Source: a bacterium
GTDB taxonomy: Bacteria > Patescibacteriota > Minisyncoccia > Moranbacterales > UBA1568
DNA: 64,000 nucleotides
Direction: 5' to 3'
Assembly: GCA_021821305.1 (NCBI GenBank)
Contig: JAKACP010000001.1
Span: 468,349 to 532,348, forward strand
How positions within the stretch are numbered: position 1 is the stretch's first letter; each line of letters opens with the position of its first letter. The notes under the pieces were generated by a model. That model had not been told where the DNA came from and made no database searches. It saw only the letters and a list, made by a program, of their open reading frames with translations. The position numbers and the translations under genes were made by a program. This document shows, in pieces, positions 39,181-48,608 of the stretch.

Positions 39181-39211
39181 TCGTTTCCATGATCAGTTTT
39201 AGTGAAAACAT

Positions 39212-40489
39212 ATGAAGATCGTACGCGTAGAAGGGAGAGAGATACTGGATTCGCGCGGGAACCCGACGATCGAGGTCGAAGTCGGGCTCGAGGACGGATC
39301 GGTTGCCGTCGCGGGCGTGCCGTCCGGCGCGTCGACGGGAAAATTCGAAGCGGTCGAACTTCGCGACGGTGACGCGAACCGGTTCGGCGGCAAGGGGGTG
39401 CTCCAGGCGGTCGCGAACGTCAACGGCGAACTTCGCGAGGCGGTGGTCGGCATGGATGCCGCCCTTCAGCGCGAGCTTGACGAGAAGATGATCGCGCTCG
39501 ACGGGACGGAGAACAAGGCACGGCTCGGCGCCAATGCCATCCTCGGTATCTCGCTCGCCGCGGCACGTGCGGAGGCCGTGAGCCGCAAACAGCCGCTCTA
39601 CCGATATATCCGATCGCTCGCCGGACTGCCGGAGAAAATAGGGAAATTTCCGGTTCCGATGTTCAACGTGATCAACGGTGGCAAGCACAGCGACTCCGGC
39701 CTTTCGGCGCAGGAGTTCAAGCTCGTGCCGTCCGGTATCGAAGGGTATCCGGATCAGCTCCGCGCGGGAAGCGAGATCTTCCACGCGCTCAAGGGGATCC
39801 TCGAGAAGGCCGGCCTCTCTGTCGGTGTCGGCGACGAGGGCGGATTCGCACCGCGCATGGAGAGCCATGCCCAGGCACTCGAGACGCTCCACGCGGCGAT
39901 CAGCGAGGCGGGATACGTCCCGGGCAAGGACGTCTTCATCGGGTTCGACGTCGCCGCGAACTCGTTTTATGACGAGAAGGAGGATCAGTACTATCTCCAG
40001 CCGGAAAACGTGAAGCTGTCCCGCGAGAGCATCGTCAACGTCTACCGTGACTGGATGGCCAAATACGCGGTCGTATCGATCGAGGACGGCCTCCACGAGG
40101 AGGACTGGTCCGGGTGGGCGCAGATGAAGGAGAAACTCGAGAAGGAATCCGCCGCCTGGGGTCGCAAGGTGATGCTCATCGGCGATGACTTGCTCGTGAC
40201 CAACGTCAAGCGCGTCGAGAAGGCGATCGCGGAAGGTTCCTGCAACGCGGTCCTGATCAAGCCGAACCAGATCGGGACGCTCACCGAGACGCTCGATTGC
40301 ATGAAACTCACGCACGGGAACGGGTGGGATACCGTCATATCGCATCGCTCAGGTGAGACCGTCGACGACTTCATCGCGGATCTCGCGATCGGCGCCGATT
40401 CGGAGTTCATCAAGACCGGGTCGCTGTCCCGCGGTGAGCGGCTCGCGAAGTACAACCGGATGCTCAAGATTTGGAACGAAACGAGATAA
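39212..40489 (+). CDS. eno: enolase
   Basis: MKIVRVEGREILDSRGNPTIEVEV…SHRSGETVD…LIKPNQIGTLTET are canonical enolase motifs. Confidence 0.95.
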   Translation: MKIVRVEGREILDSRGNPTIEVEVGLEDGSVAVAGVPSGASTGKFEAVELRDGDANRFGGKGVLQAVANVNGELREAVVGMDAALQRELDEKMIALDGTENKARLGANAILGISLAAARAEAVSRKQPLYRYIRSLAGLPEKIGKFPVPMFNVINGGKHSDSGLSAQEFKLVPSGIEGYPDQLRAGSEIFHALKGILEKAGLSVGVGDEGGFAPRMESHAQALETLHAAISEAGYVPGKDVFIGFDVAANSFYDEKEDQYYLQPENVKLSRESIVNVYRDWMAKYAVVSIEDGLHEEDWSGWAQMKEKLEKESAAWGRKVMLIGDDLLVTNVKRVEKAIAEGSCNAVLIKPNQIGTLTETLDCMKLTHGNGWDTVISHRSGETVDDFIADLAIGADSEFIKTGSLSRGERLAKYNRMLKIWNETR

Positions 40490-40492
40490 CCT

Positions 40493-41515
40493 ATGTTTTT
40501 CAAGACACGACCGAAAGTCATCTGCATCGGATCCGCCTCGAAGGACATCTTCTTTCCGACGAGCGAGGGAATCGTGCTCGAGACTCCGGAGGACCTGACC
40601 GCCCAGCGGAAGGTCGCGTTCGAACTTGGCGGCAAATACCGCGTCGACGACCGCTACGAGGCGGTAGGCGGCGTCGCGGCCAACGTCGCGCAGGCGCTCG
40701 CCAAGCTGGATATCCCTACGGCCGTCTACAGCAACGTCGGCGAGGACGAGATCGGGCAGTGGATCGTCTCCGAGCTCGAGCGCGCCCACGTATCGACCAA
40801 GCTGCTCTCCATCGATCCGCTCTCGAGAAGCGACCTGTCCGCGATCATCATCCTGACCCAAAGCGGCGAACGGACCATTTTCCATAATCGCGACGCCAAC
40901 GAGAAACTCGCCGTCGTCCCCGGGAAAATCGCGGGAGCCGAGTGGTTCTTCGTTTCCTCGCTCAACGGCGACTGGAAAGCGAATCTCCGCACGATACTCG
41001 ACACGGCCGAAGCGAACGGGACGAAAATCGCCCTCAACCCGGGACAGCACAACCTCCGCGACGACGCGAGTGCCATCCTCGAGGCGACGTCGAAATCCGA
41101 ACTGCTCGTCCTCAACAAGGACGAAGCGCTCGAACTCGTGATGAAGTCCGGTGTTGAGGCGTCCGACGTCGAACTCAACGACGAACGGTTCCTGCTCACG
41201 GCGCTCCATCATGCCGGGGCCAAGATCATCGGCATGACCGACGGCGCCCGCGGTGCGTGGGGATCCGACGGCAAGGAGATCTGGCACTGCCCGATCGGCT
41301 ACGTCGAACGCGTCGTGGATGCCACGGGAGCGGGCGACGCTTTCAGTGCCGCGTTTTTCGCCGCATTCGTTCTCGGAAAGACGATTCCGGACATGCTCCG
41401 ATACGGCATCGCGGAGAGCGGTAGCGTCGTCGGTCAGTATGGCGCGAACTGGGGATTGCTCACGGTTTCCGAGCTCGAGGAACGCGCGCGTCCGCTCGTC
41501 CCGGAACGCCTGTAA
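40493..41515 (+). CDS. PfkB-family carbohydrate/nucleoside kinase (ribokinase fold)
   Basis: VICIGSASKDIFF N-terminus and DATGAGDAFSAAFF anion-hole/catalytic motif. Confidence 0.75.
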   Translation: MFFKTRPKVICIGSASKDIFFPTSEGIVLETPEDLTAQRKVAFELGGKYRVDDRYEAVGGVAANVAQALAKLDIPTAVYSNVGEDEIGQWIVSELERAHVSTKLLSIDPLSRSDLSAIIILTQSGERTIFHNRDANEKLAVVPGKIAGAEWFFVSSLNGDWKANLRTILDTAEANGTKIALNPGQHNLRDDASAILEATSKSELLVLNKDEALELVMKSGVEASDVELNDERFLLTALHHAGAKIIGMTDGARGAWGSDGKEIWHCPIGYVERVVDATGAGDAFSAAFFAAFVLGKTIPDMLRYGIAESGSVVGQYGANWGLLTVSELEERARPLVPERL

Positions 41516-41517
41516 GG

Positions 41518-41539
41518 GACTTTCCCGACAGGCTCTCAG
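41518..41539 (+). promoter_or_regulatory. conserved 22-nt intergenic motif GACTTTCCCGACAGGCTCTCAG (copy 2 of 4), 57 nt upstream of ftsA
   Basis: Family consensus with ggga-cuu-uccc mini-hairpin; 3 nt after the pfkB stop. Confidence 0.4.
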
Positions 41540-41597
41540 CCTTCGCGGACGCTCTTTTCGTATGCTATACTGATACTGAAAACAAACCGATCATACT

Positions 41598-42863
41598 ATG
41601 AGTTGGCTTCCCTTTTCCTTCGGGAGCGATAAAAAAGTCTATCTCGCGCTCGACATCGGCACCGAAGTCGTCAAAGCGCTGGTTTTCCGCATCGATCGGG
41701 AGACGAAGCGTGCCGAAGTCATCGGTGTGGGCCGCACGCGCCAGAAGATCGGCAACATGCAGAACGGGGCCGTTTCGGATATCGCCGGAGTGGTCGCGTC
41801 CTCGCGCGAGGCGATCGCGCTCGCCAAGAAAAAGGCCGGGGTCAAGGAAGTCCGCAAGAGCATCATCGGCATCGCCGGAGAGCTCGTGAAGGGGACCACG
41901 ACGACCGTCCACTACGATCGCGTGAACCCGACGATCCATATCGGGATGCAGGAACTGAGGATGATCATCGAAAAGGTCCAGGAAAAGGCGTTCGAACGGA
42001 TCAAGCGACAGCTCGCCTGGGAGACGGGACAGGACGATATCGACGCGAAGCTGATCAACGCGGCGCTCGTCGATGTCCAGATCGACGGATACAAGGTGAC
42101 CAACCCGCTCAATTTCCAGGGGCACGAAGTCTCGATGAGCGTCTTCAACGCCTACGCGCCGATGATGCATCTCGGGGCGCTCGGCACCATAGCCAAGGAT
42201 CTCGGGCTCGATCTCATGAGCATCGCCGCGGAGCCGTATGCGGTCGCCCGTGCGGTCGAGGTCGAGGACATGACCGATTTCAGCGCCATATTCGTCGACG
42301 TCGGCGGCGGAACGACCGACATCGCCATCGTCCGCAGCGGCGGTCTCGAAGGGACCAAGATGTTCGCGGTCGGCGGTCGCGCGTTCACCAAACGCCTCGC
42401 GCAGGTTTTCAATATCACCTTCGAGGAGGCGGAAAAGATGAAGATCGCCTACTCCTTCGGTCAGCTTCCTCCCGAACAGATGCGCTCCGTCGCCGACCTT
42501 TTCCAGGAGGACTGCCATGTCTGGCTCGGCGGCGTCGAACTGTCGCTCCTCGAATTCGCGGAAACGGACCTTCTGCCGACGAGGATCTTTCTCTGCGGGG
42601 GCGGATCGGCCCTGCCGGGCATCAAATCGTCGCTCCTGCTCGAGGAATGGTCCGCCGGGCTTCCGTTTCCCAAGAATCTCCAGGTGAGTTATCTCCAGCC
42701 CAAGGATATCGTCCGGGTCGTGGACACCACCGGAGAGCTGACCAATCCGCAGGACATCACCCCGCTCGGTCTCGTGAACCTCATACTCATCGACGAACTG
42801 GACGAAGAAAAGATGCTTTCCGGATTGCTGCGGAGGAGCATGGAATCCATAGATAAAAAGTAA
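41598..42863 (+). CDS. ftsA: cell division protein FtsA (actin-like ATPase)
   Basis: YLALDIGTEVVKALVF…FVDVGGGTTDIAIV…FLCGGGSALPGI actin-fold phosphate motifs. Confidence 0.85.
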   Translation: MSWLPFSFGSDKKVYLALDIGTEVVKALVFRIDRETKRAEVIGVGRTRQKIGNMQNGAVSDIAGVVASSREAIALAKKKAGVKEVRKSIIGIAGELVKGTTTTVHYDRVNPTIHIGMQELRMIIEKVQEKAFERIKRQLAWETGQDDIDAKLINAALVDVQIDGYKVTNPLNFQGHEVSMSVFNAYAPMMHLGALGTIAKDLGLDLMSIAAEPYAVARAVEVEDMTDFSAIFVDVGGGTTDIAIVRSGGLEGTKMFAVGGRAFTKRLAQVFNITFEEAEKMKIAYSFGQLPPEQMRSVADLFQEDCHVWLGGVELSLLEFAETDLLPTRIFLCGGGSALPGIKSSLLLEEWSAGLPFPKNLQVSYLQPKDIVRVVDTTGELTNPQDITPLGLVNLILIDELDEEKMLSGLLRRSMESIDKK

Positions 42864-42875
42864 AGGAGCGCCGCT

Positions 42876-44810
42876 ATGCCGCAGACATTTTACGTCACAC
42901 AGGATGAAGAAATCCTTTCGCTGGTCGGGAGACTCCGGTCGTCCGCGCTCCTCGAGAACGTGTTCGTCGTTCCGAATCATGCGCTCATCCTCCAGAGCGC
43001 CGTCAATCTGCGCATCCTCCATCGTGAGGCGGAAAAACTCGGGAAGGTCGTGACCATCATCACCCAGGACGAGGCCGGGAGAGCGCTCGCGGAAAAAGCC
43101 GGTATCGGAACGAAGCCGTATTCCGAAGAGACCCGACAGGAGGCCGTGGCCGCCGCGCCTCTCAAACCGCATTTTCCGGCCGACGCTTCGATCGGGTCGT
43201 CCGACTTCTTTTCCGGCGCTCCCGAGGCCGCTCCTGCGACGCAGACCCTGCGATCCGCTCCGCCCGCGATCGCCCCGACTCCGATGCCGCTCCGGGTCCG
43301 CGATGCCACTCCGAAGAAACTCACGACACTCAATTCCGTCCGTGAGACCGGACAGGCTCCCGCCCAGGAGGGGACACTCCGGATAGACACGCGGCGCCCC
43401 GCGGCGGAGCAGAACGCGGCCGCTCCGCTTCGTTCTTCGGCCGGTCAGCCCGCGGCGGCCCCTGCCGCTCCCGTCCGTCCTGTCGTCGCACCCGTCATGT
43501 CCCGCGAAACCCCGGAGCGGAGCGCCTCGGCGGCCCAGGCTCCCACGGGTGAGCGGCTCGCCCGAATGTACCGGAAGAACGCTCCGCCGCTTCCGCCCGA
43601 AAGGAGATCGCCGGTCGCCGACCGCCGATCCTCCGCTTCCGGTGAGGTCAAGGGAAAGGGTGGTCTGTGGTTTCTCCTCTTCGCCGGTGTCTCGCTTCTC
43701 TCGCTCATCAGCGCCGGAGTCTTCTTCCTGCTCCCGAAAGCGGAGATAACCGTCGTTCCTCATTCGCTCTCCAAGTCGCTTGAGATCGAGTTCGAGGGGA
43801 AAAAGGACGGTGTCAGCGCGGACCGTGAGGTGCCCATCCGTCTCGTCGAACGTGAGGAGGAGGTCTCGGTTTCCGTCGAGACGACGGGCACGTCGGCCGG
43901 GAACGGGACCAAGGCCCGGGGCACCATCATCATCTCCAACGCGTACGGATCGGAAGCTCAGCCGCTCATCGCGACGACCAGATTCGAGACAGCGGACGGG
44001 AAGGTCTTCAGATTGACCAAGGGTGTTACCGTACCGGGCATTTCGGACGTGGATGGCAAAAAGGAGCCGGGCGTCATCGAAGCCGAGGTGCTCGCCGACG
44101 AACCGGGGGAATCATACAATATCGGCGCCTCGTCGTTCTCCATTCCGGGGTTCAAGGGCAATCCGAAGTATGAGAAAATAACGGGGAAGTCGAAAGAGCC
44201 CATGGCGGGAGGATCCTCGGAGGGCGATTCCGGGGTGAAGACCGTTTCTTCCGAAGATATCACCACGGCGAAAGAGGAGTCCGAAAGCATGTTCCGGTCG
44301 ATGTTCGAGGAGTCACTCAGGAGCGGCATGATCGAGGGTGAGAATTTCCTCCCGGACTCGGTGGAGATCTCATTGGTCGGTTCTCCGGCCCATCCGGAAG
44401 CCGGTGTCGTGGCATCATCCTTCGAATACAAGGCCCGGTTCAAGGCGCGCGTGTTCGTCTTCTCCGAATCGACACTCAAGGACAACGCCTCTCTCATGCT
44501 CCGTCGCGGAGCCGGGCTGGACGATACCTATGAGACCCGGGATGTCTCCTTGGAGTACGGCGAGGCGTCGTCCGATTTCGACAAGGGTACCATGTATATC
44601 AAGGTCCGGGCGACGGCGCTCTTCGCCTCCCATATCGACGTCGGTATGTTGCGCACGGATTTCCTGGGCAAGGACACCGACGGGATCCGGGAAGTCCTCG
44701 AACGGCATACGGAAGTGAAGAAGATCGAGGTGAATCTCAAACCCAAGCTGTTCATCGTCTCCGTGCCGAACGATCCGGATCGGGTGACGATCATCGTCGA
44801 AAAGCCCTAG
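42876..44810 (+). CDS. hypothetical bitopic membrane protein (N-terminal cytoplasmic domain, Pro/Ala-rich linker, TM, large extracytoplasmic domain), possibly divisome-associated
   Basis: 644 aa. TM at …LWFLLFAGVSLLSLISAGVFFLL. Sits where ftsZ/ftsQ would be expected after ftsA, but no tubulin motifs. Confidence 0.6.
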   Translation: MPQTFYVTQDEEILSLVGRLRSSALLENVFVVPNHALILQSAVNLRILHREAEKLGKVVTIITQDEAGRALAEKAGIGTKPYSEETRQEAVAAAPLKPHFPADASIGSSDFFSGAPEAAPATQTLRSAPPAIAPTPMPLRVRDATPKKLTTLNSVRETGQAPAQEGTLRIDTRRPAAEQNAAAPLRSSAGQPAAAPAAPVRPVVAPVMSRETPERSASAAQAPTGERLARMYRKNAPPLPPERRSPVADRRSSASGEVKGKGGLWFLLFAGVSLLSLISAGVFFLLPKAEITVVPHSLSKSLEIEFEGKKDGVSADREVPIRLVEREEEVSVSVETTGTSAGNGTKARGTIIISNAYGSEAQPLIATTRFETADGKVFRLTKGVTVPGISDVDGKKEPGVIEAEVLADEPGESYNIGASSFSIPGFKGNPKYEKITGKSKEPMAGGSSEGDSGVKTVSSEDITTAKEESESMFRSMFEESLRSGMIEGENFLPDSVEISLVGSPAHPEAGVVASSFEYKARFKARVFVFSESTLKDNASLMLRRGAGLDDTYETRDVSLEYGEASSDFDKGTMYIKVRATALFASHIDVGMLRTDFLGKDTDGIREVLERHTEVKKIEVNLKPKLFIVSVPNDPDRVTIIVEKP

Positions 44811-44821
44811 CGCCTGCCGGT

Positions 44822-45151
44822 TTGTCGGTGGGCTTCACATATCCTGAAAACCATAGTATGCTACCAAGCTTCCAGTCCGGCCCGCACGGGGCCCAGGGAG
44901 AGGATCCGGACCGAAAATCAGCCCTACACAGGCTCCAGTCCGAATTCCTCATCCTCCAGCAGGAGCGACAGAAGAAATCGCGATACCGCGATGCGATCGC
45001 GCTCGAGCTGCGGAGGCTCGAGATGGAGCAGGACCGTCTCGCGGTCCGGATCGACGACAAGAAACAGGAAGAAAGCACGCTGTCCCGGGAGCTCGGCATG
45101 CTCGAAGCGGAGGAAAAACGTATGAAACGGAAGATAAGCCTCCTTTCCTGA
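44822..45151 (+). CDS. small coiled-coil hypothetical protein
   Basis: Heptad-rich …LQSEFLILQQERQKKSRYRDAIALELRRLEMEQDRLAVRIDDKKQEESTLSRELGMLEAEEKRMKRKISLLS. Start uncertain. Confidence 0.35.
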   Translation: MSVGFTYPENHSMLPSFQSGPHGAQGEDPDRKSALHRLQSEFLILQQERQKKSRYRDAIALELRRLEMEQDRLAVRIDDKKQEESTLSRELGMLEAEEKRMKRKISLLS

Positions 45152-45210
45152 GTAACTGTCCACACTCTCGACGGATTGGATATGCTGAAACGATATTTTA
45201 GATAGGCTTT

Positions 45211-47004
45211 ATGCACGCGAACGAAATACGGCGCCGCTTCCTCGAATTTTTCCGGAAACGCGGCCACGCCATAATCCCATCCGCACCACTCGTTCCCGAG
45301 AACGATCCTTCGGTCCTGTTCACGACGGCGGGCATGCAGCCGCTCGTACCGTATCTTCTCGGCGCGCCGCACCCCGCGGGCAAGCGGATCGCGAACTCGC
45401 AGAAATGCGTTCGGACGCAGGACATCGACGAAGTCGGCGACAATACGCACGACACGTTTTTCGAGATGCTCGGCAACTGGTCGCTCGGGGACTATTTCAA
45501 GGATGACGCGATCAAGTGGAGCTATGAATTCCTCACCTCGCGGGAAGAGGGGCTCGGGCTCGATCCGAATCGGCTCTACGTGACCGTGTTCGGGGGCAAT
45601 GACGATGCTCCGCGCGACGAGGAATCGTTCGCGATCTGGAAAAGCCTGGGCATCCCCGAGCACCGTATCTATTTCATGACCACGGAACCCTCGGGCAAGG
45701 AACCGAACTGGTGGAGTCCGGGCGACAACGGCCCCTGCGGCCCGGATTCGGAGATGTTCTACGATGTGACCGAGGACGGCCTCGGCGATCTTACCAAGGA
45801 GGAATACATGGCGGCGGACGACCGGCAGGAGGTGGTCGAGATCTGGAACGACGTCTTCATGGAATACGCGAAGAAGGACGGAAAAGTGACGGGCAAGCTC
45901 ACGACCAAGAACGTCGATACCGGGGCCGGCCTCGAGCGCCTCGCGATGGTCATGCAGAAGACCGACAACGTGTTCGCCACCGATCTCTTCGCTCCGCTCA
46001 TGACAGCTATCCGGACGCTGGCGAAAAACGACTGGGACGAGCGCGCGGCGCGCATCGTGGCGGATCATGTCCGGACGAGCGTCTTCCTCGTCGGTGACGG
46101 GGTCTCGCCGTCCAATACCGATCAGGGATATATTTTGCGGAGGCTGTTGCGCCGCGCGGTCCGCTATGCCGATACGCTCGGGATGCCGGGAGGAAGCCTC
46201 GCCTCGCTCGTCCCGACGGTGCTCGACACCTACGCCGAAGCCTATCCCGATCTCGCGGAAGCGAGCGAGGCGATCACGGGAGCGATACTTGCCGAGGAGG
46301 AGAAATTCCGCCGGACGCTCGCGCGCGGCATGAAGGAATTCGAGAAACGGATCGCGTCCGGAGGGCTCACCGGGACGGACGCGTTCGAGCTTTTCTCCAC
46401 GTATGGATTTCCGCTCGAGATGACGGTCGAGCTGGCCTCGGAAAAGGGCGTGACGTTCGACCACGCGGCGTTCGCGGAGGAGTTCCGCCGGCACCAGGAC
46501 CTCTCGCGCACCGCGTCCGCGGGCAAGTTCAAAGGCGGACTCGCGGATCACAGCGAACAGGTGACCATGCTCCATACCGCGACCCATCTCATGCTCGCCG
46601 GCCTCCGGAAATACCTCGGGGACCATGTCCACCAGGCGGGATCCAACATCACCGAGGAACGGACCCGGTTCGATTTCACGCATCCGGAAAAAGTCCCGCG
46701 CGAGACGCTCGACCTCGTGGAAGCCTATGTCAACGAGGCGATAGCGCATAAGTGTCCCATGACCATCGAGCGCATGCCCAAGGACGCCGCGAAGGACCGC
46801 GGAGTGGAGGGGAGCTTCTGGGACAAGTATCCGGAGACGGTGGATGTCTATATGGCCAAGGCGGAGGACGGCACCGTATATTCCCAGGAGCTCTGCGGCG
46901 GGCCGCACGTGAAGAATACCGGTGACATCAAGGGGACATTCCGTATCATCAAGGAAGAGGCGTCGTCGGCGGGTGTTCGGAGAATCAAAGCCGTGATAGA
47001 ATAG
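45211..47004 (+). CDS. alaS: alanine--tRNA ligase, short form (catalytic plus editing domains, no C-terminal DHHA1/oligomerisation domain)
   Basis: N-terminal class II AlaS core (FLEFFRKRGHAIIPSAPLVPENDPSVLFTTAGMQ…GNWSLGDYFK). Editing HxxxH (HTATHLMLAGL) and GGPHV. 597 aa versus ~870 typical. Confidence 0.85.
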   Translation: MHANEIRRRFLEFFRKRGHAIIPSAPLVPENDPSVLFTTAGMQPLVPYLLGAPHPAGKRIANSQKCVRTQDIDEVGDNTHDTFFEMLGNWSLGDYFKDDAIKWSYEFLTSREEGLGLDPNRLYVTVFGGNDDAPRDEESFAIWKSLGIPEHRIYFMTTEPSGKEPNWWSPGDNGPCGPDSEMFYDVTEDGLGDLTKEEYMAADDRQEVVEIWNDVFMEYAKKDGKVTGKLTTKNVDTGAGLERLAMVMQKTDNVFATDLFAPLMTAIRTLAKNDWDERAARIVADHVRTSVFLVGDGVSPSNTDQGYILRRLLRRAVRYADTLGMPGGSLASLVPTVLDTYAEAYPDLAEASEAITGAILAEEEKFRRTLARGMKEFEKRIASGGLTGTDAFELFSTYGFPLEMTVELASEKGVTFDHAAFAEEFRRHQDLSRTASAGKFKGGLADHSEQVTMLHTATHLMLAGLRKYLGDHVHQAGSNITEERTRFDFTHPEKVPRETLDLVEAYVNEAIAHKCPMTIERMPKDAAKDRGVEGSFWDKYPETVDVYMAKAEDGTVYSQELCGGPHVKNTGDIKGTFRIIKEEASSAGVRRIKAVIE

Positions 47005-47063
47005 GGGCACGGCAGGCGATCGTCCGTCTCCGTCCCAGTTCCTTGAAGAAAGGAGAATCGTTC

Positions 47064-47258
47064 ATGAAATCAGCCGACATCATATCTTTTCCCGATCCGA
47101 GCGAACGAAAAAAAAGGCACTCAAAAAAGCGACGGCAGGCGAGACTCATCGATTGCCTTTTCGGTGAAATCGACCTCTTCCGACTCCTCCGGGACTCCGA
47201 AGAAAAGATCATCGCCCTCCGTCGAAAAAACAAACGGGATCCCGAGAGGAACCCATGA
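47064..47258 (+). CDS. small basic hypothetical ORF (64 aa) with good SD
   Basis: gaaaggagaatcgttcATG. MKSADIISFPDPSERKKRHSKKRRQARLIDCLFGEIDLFRLLRD… No homology recognised. Confidence 0.25.
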   Translation: MKSADIISFPDPSERKKRHSKKRRQARLIDCLFGEIDLFRLLRDSEEKIIALRRKNKRDPERNP

Positions 47259-47320
47259 ACCCCGAGCGCTCGGCCGCGAGGGGATTTTTGTTTCTCGAAA
47301 AAGATTGTCTTGAAAAAAGA

Positions 47321-47346
47321 AAATCTCCGTATGGATTCATACGGAG
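47321..47346 (-). terminator. rho-independent terminator downstream of minus-strand gene 47369..47854
   Basis: tctccgtat-ggattc-atacggaga, with T-run on the minus strand (aaagaaaa on plus at 47308-47320). Confidence 0.45.
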
Positions 47347-47368
47347 ATAGCGGTCGAATGTGGTCGCA

Positions 47369-47854
47369 TCAGCTGTCCCTTCGGAGAAGTTTCGGGGAAA
47401 CGGAATAGATGTTCCCGTTTACCGTATCCAGAACCAGGACGCGTTTCGCGGGAATGGTAGTTCCGCCTCCTCGCCGGAACGCTACGATTGTTTTTGTATA
47501 CGACTCCGCTCGTGCGGCGAAGTCGGTGAACTCACAGGGATACATGCGGAGGGATGGTCTTCCTTCCTCGACCGCAAGGACCGAAAGAAGGTGGTCGTTC
47601 AAGGATGTCTCACTGAGGACGGAATGCGTAAATCGCATCCGATCGCCCGGATACAGACAATCCTCTTCCGCCTCCTCCGGAAGATCCGATTCAAGTACGA
47701 AGGTCTTGACCAGCGCTCCCGCGTTCGGTTTCTGCGGTATCACTTTGTTGAATGATTCGCACCAGGGAACATCCCCGAAAATCGATTCATCCCATTCCCT
47801 TGGTTCCTTGCTGTGAGGAAAAGGTTCATAGTACATCATCAGTGCGTGGCCCAT
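47369..47854 (-). CDS. hypothetical protein X1 (161 aa), expressed from duplicated promoter/leader cassette
   Basis: MGHALMMYYEPFPHSKEPREWDESIFGDVPWCESFNKVIPQKP… GC about 54 percent. Strong SD (aaggag) inside the conserved leader. Confidence 0.6.
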   Translation of the reverse strand: MGHALMMYYEPFPHSKEPREWDESIFGDVPWCESFNKVIPQKPNAGALVKTFVLESDLPEEAEEDCLYPGDRMRFTHSVLSETSLNDHLLSVLAVEEGRPSLRMYPCEFTDFAARAESYTKTIVAFRRGGGTTIPAKRVLVLDTVNGNIYSVSPKLLRRDS

Positions 47855-48011
47855 CTCGGTCTCCTTCTTTCAGATTGAAAGGTTCGCGCGTCTGCGCAAG
47901 GAGATACCCCGGAAATCCGGGGAACAGGCAGACACACGACAGAGACCCTCGCGGGCGCTTTTGTGAATGTACTCAGCTGACCATCGTACTCCAAAAAGGC
48001 TTTTTTGTCAA
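47855..48011 (-). promoter_or_regulatory. consensus promoter (TTGACA-17-TACGAT) plus about 120-nt structured 5-prime leader, copy A of a duplicated cassette
   Basis: Minus strand: TTGACA (48006-48011), 17-nt spacer, TACGAT (47983-47988). Leader has CCC-GCGA-GGG (GNRA) hairpin, CCCCGG-AUUU-CCGGGG hairpin, and CUCCUU…AAGGAG pairing that can sequester the SD. About 97 percent identical to 48609-48765. Confidence 0.55.
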
Positions 48012-48089
48012 GAGATTCGGATGTCTGTTCCCGGAATCCGAGTGAAAAAACAACCCCTGAGAGAATTTTCTCTTCAGGGGCTTCGTGTG

Positions 48090-48608
48090 TCAGACATGGA
48101 CCGATTGTTCCGGTTTCATGTTGTCGCTTCGTCTGCGGGCGAAGAACTTGGAAATGGCCGCGTTGTATGCGGCGAGCGTTGTTTCGTTGCTTTCCATTTC
48201 CTGCATCAAACGGTTGAACCGGACATCGAAATCGCACATGAGCACCGCTTTCGTCTGCAAGTCGAGAGACCGGCTCTGGGTGGAGCGGGATATCTCGCAT
48301 ATTATTTCCGCGAGGTCGATCTGGTTCCGTTGAAGCGCGAAAAGGACTTCCTTTCTGGCCACGCTCAGCTCCTCCGCTGATTTTCCCGCGGTCAGTTCCG
48401 ATATTTCGAGCTCGGATGCTTCCGATTCGAATTCTTGGAGCCAGTCCGAATCCGGATTCTCCTTCAGGGCGATCGTCTCGTCCGTCGGAGCTTTCTTGCC
48501 GAATAAGGAAATGGTGTGGACCACTTCCTGCAGGGATGTCGCGAGGAATCCGGCGAACCTGGGAAAAGAAAGGTGCTGATAGCGACCTGCTAGCTGGTGA
48601 AAGTTCAT
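48090..48608 (-). CDS. hypothetical protein X2 (172 aa), expressed from the second copy of the promoter/leader cassette
   Basis: MNFHQLAGRYQHLSFPRFAGFLATSLQEVVHTISLF… Not similar to X1. Confidence 0.55.
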   Translation of the reverse strand: MNFHQLAGRYQHLSFPRFAGFLATSLQEVVHTISLFGKKAPTDETIALKENPDSDWLQEFESEASELEISELTAGKSAEELSVARKEVLFALQRNQIDLAEIICEISRSTQSRSLDLQTKAVLMCDFDVRFNRLMQEMESNETTLAAYNAAISKFFARRRSDNMKPEQSVHV

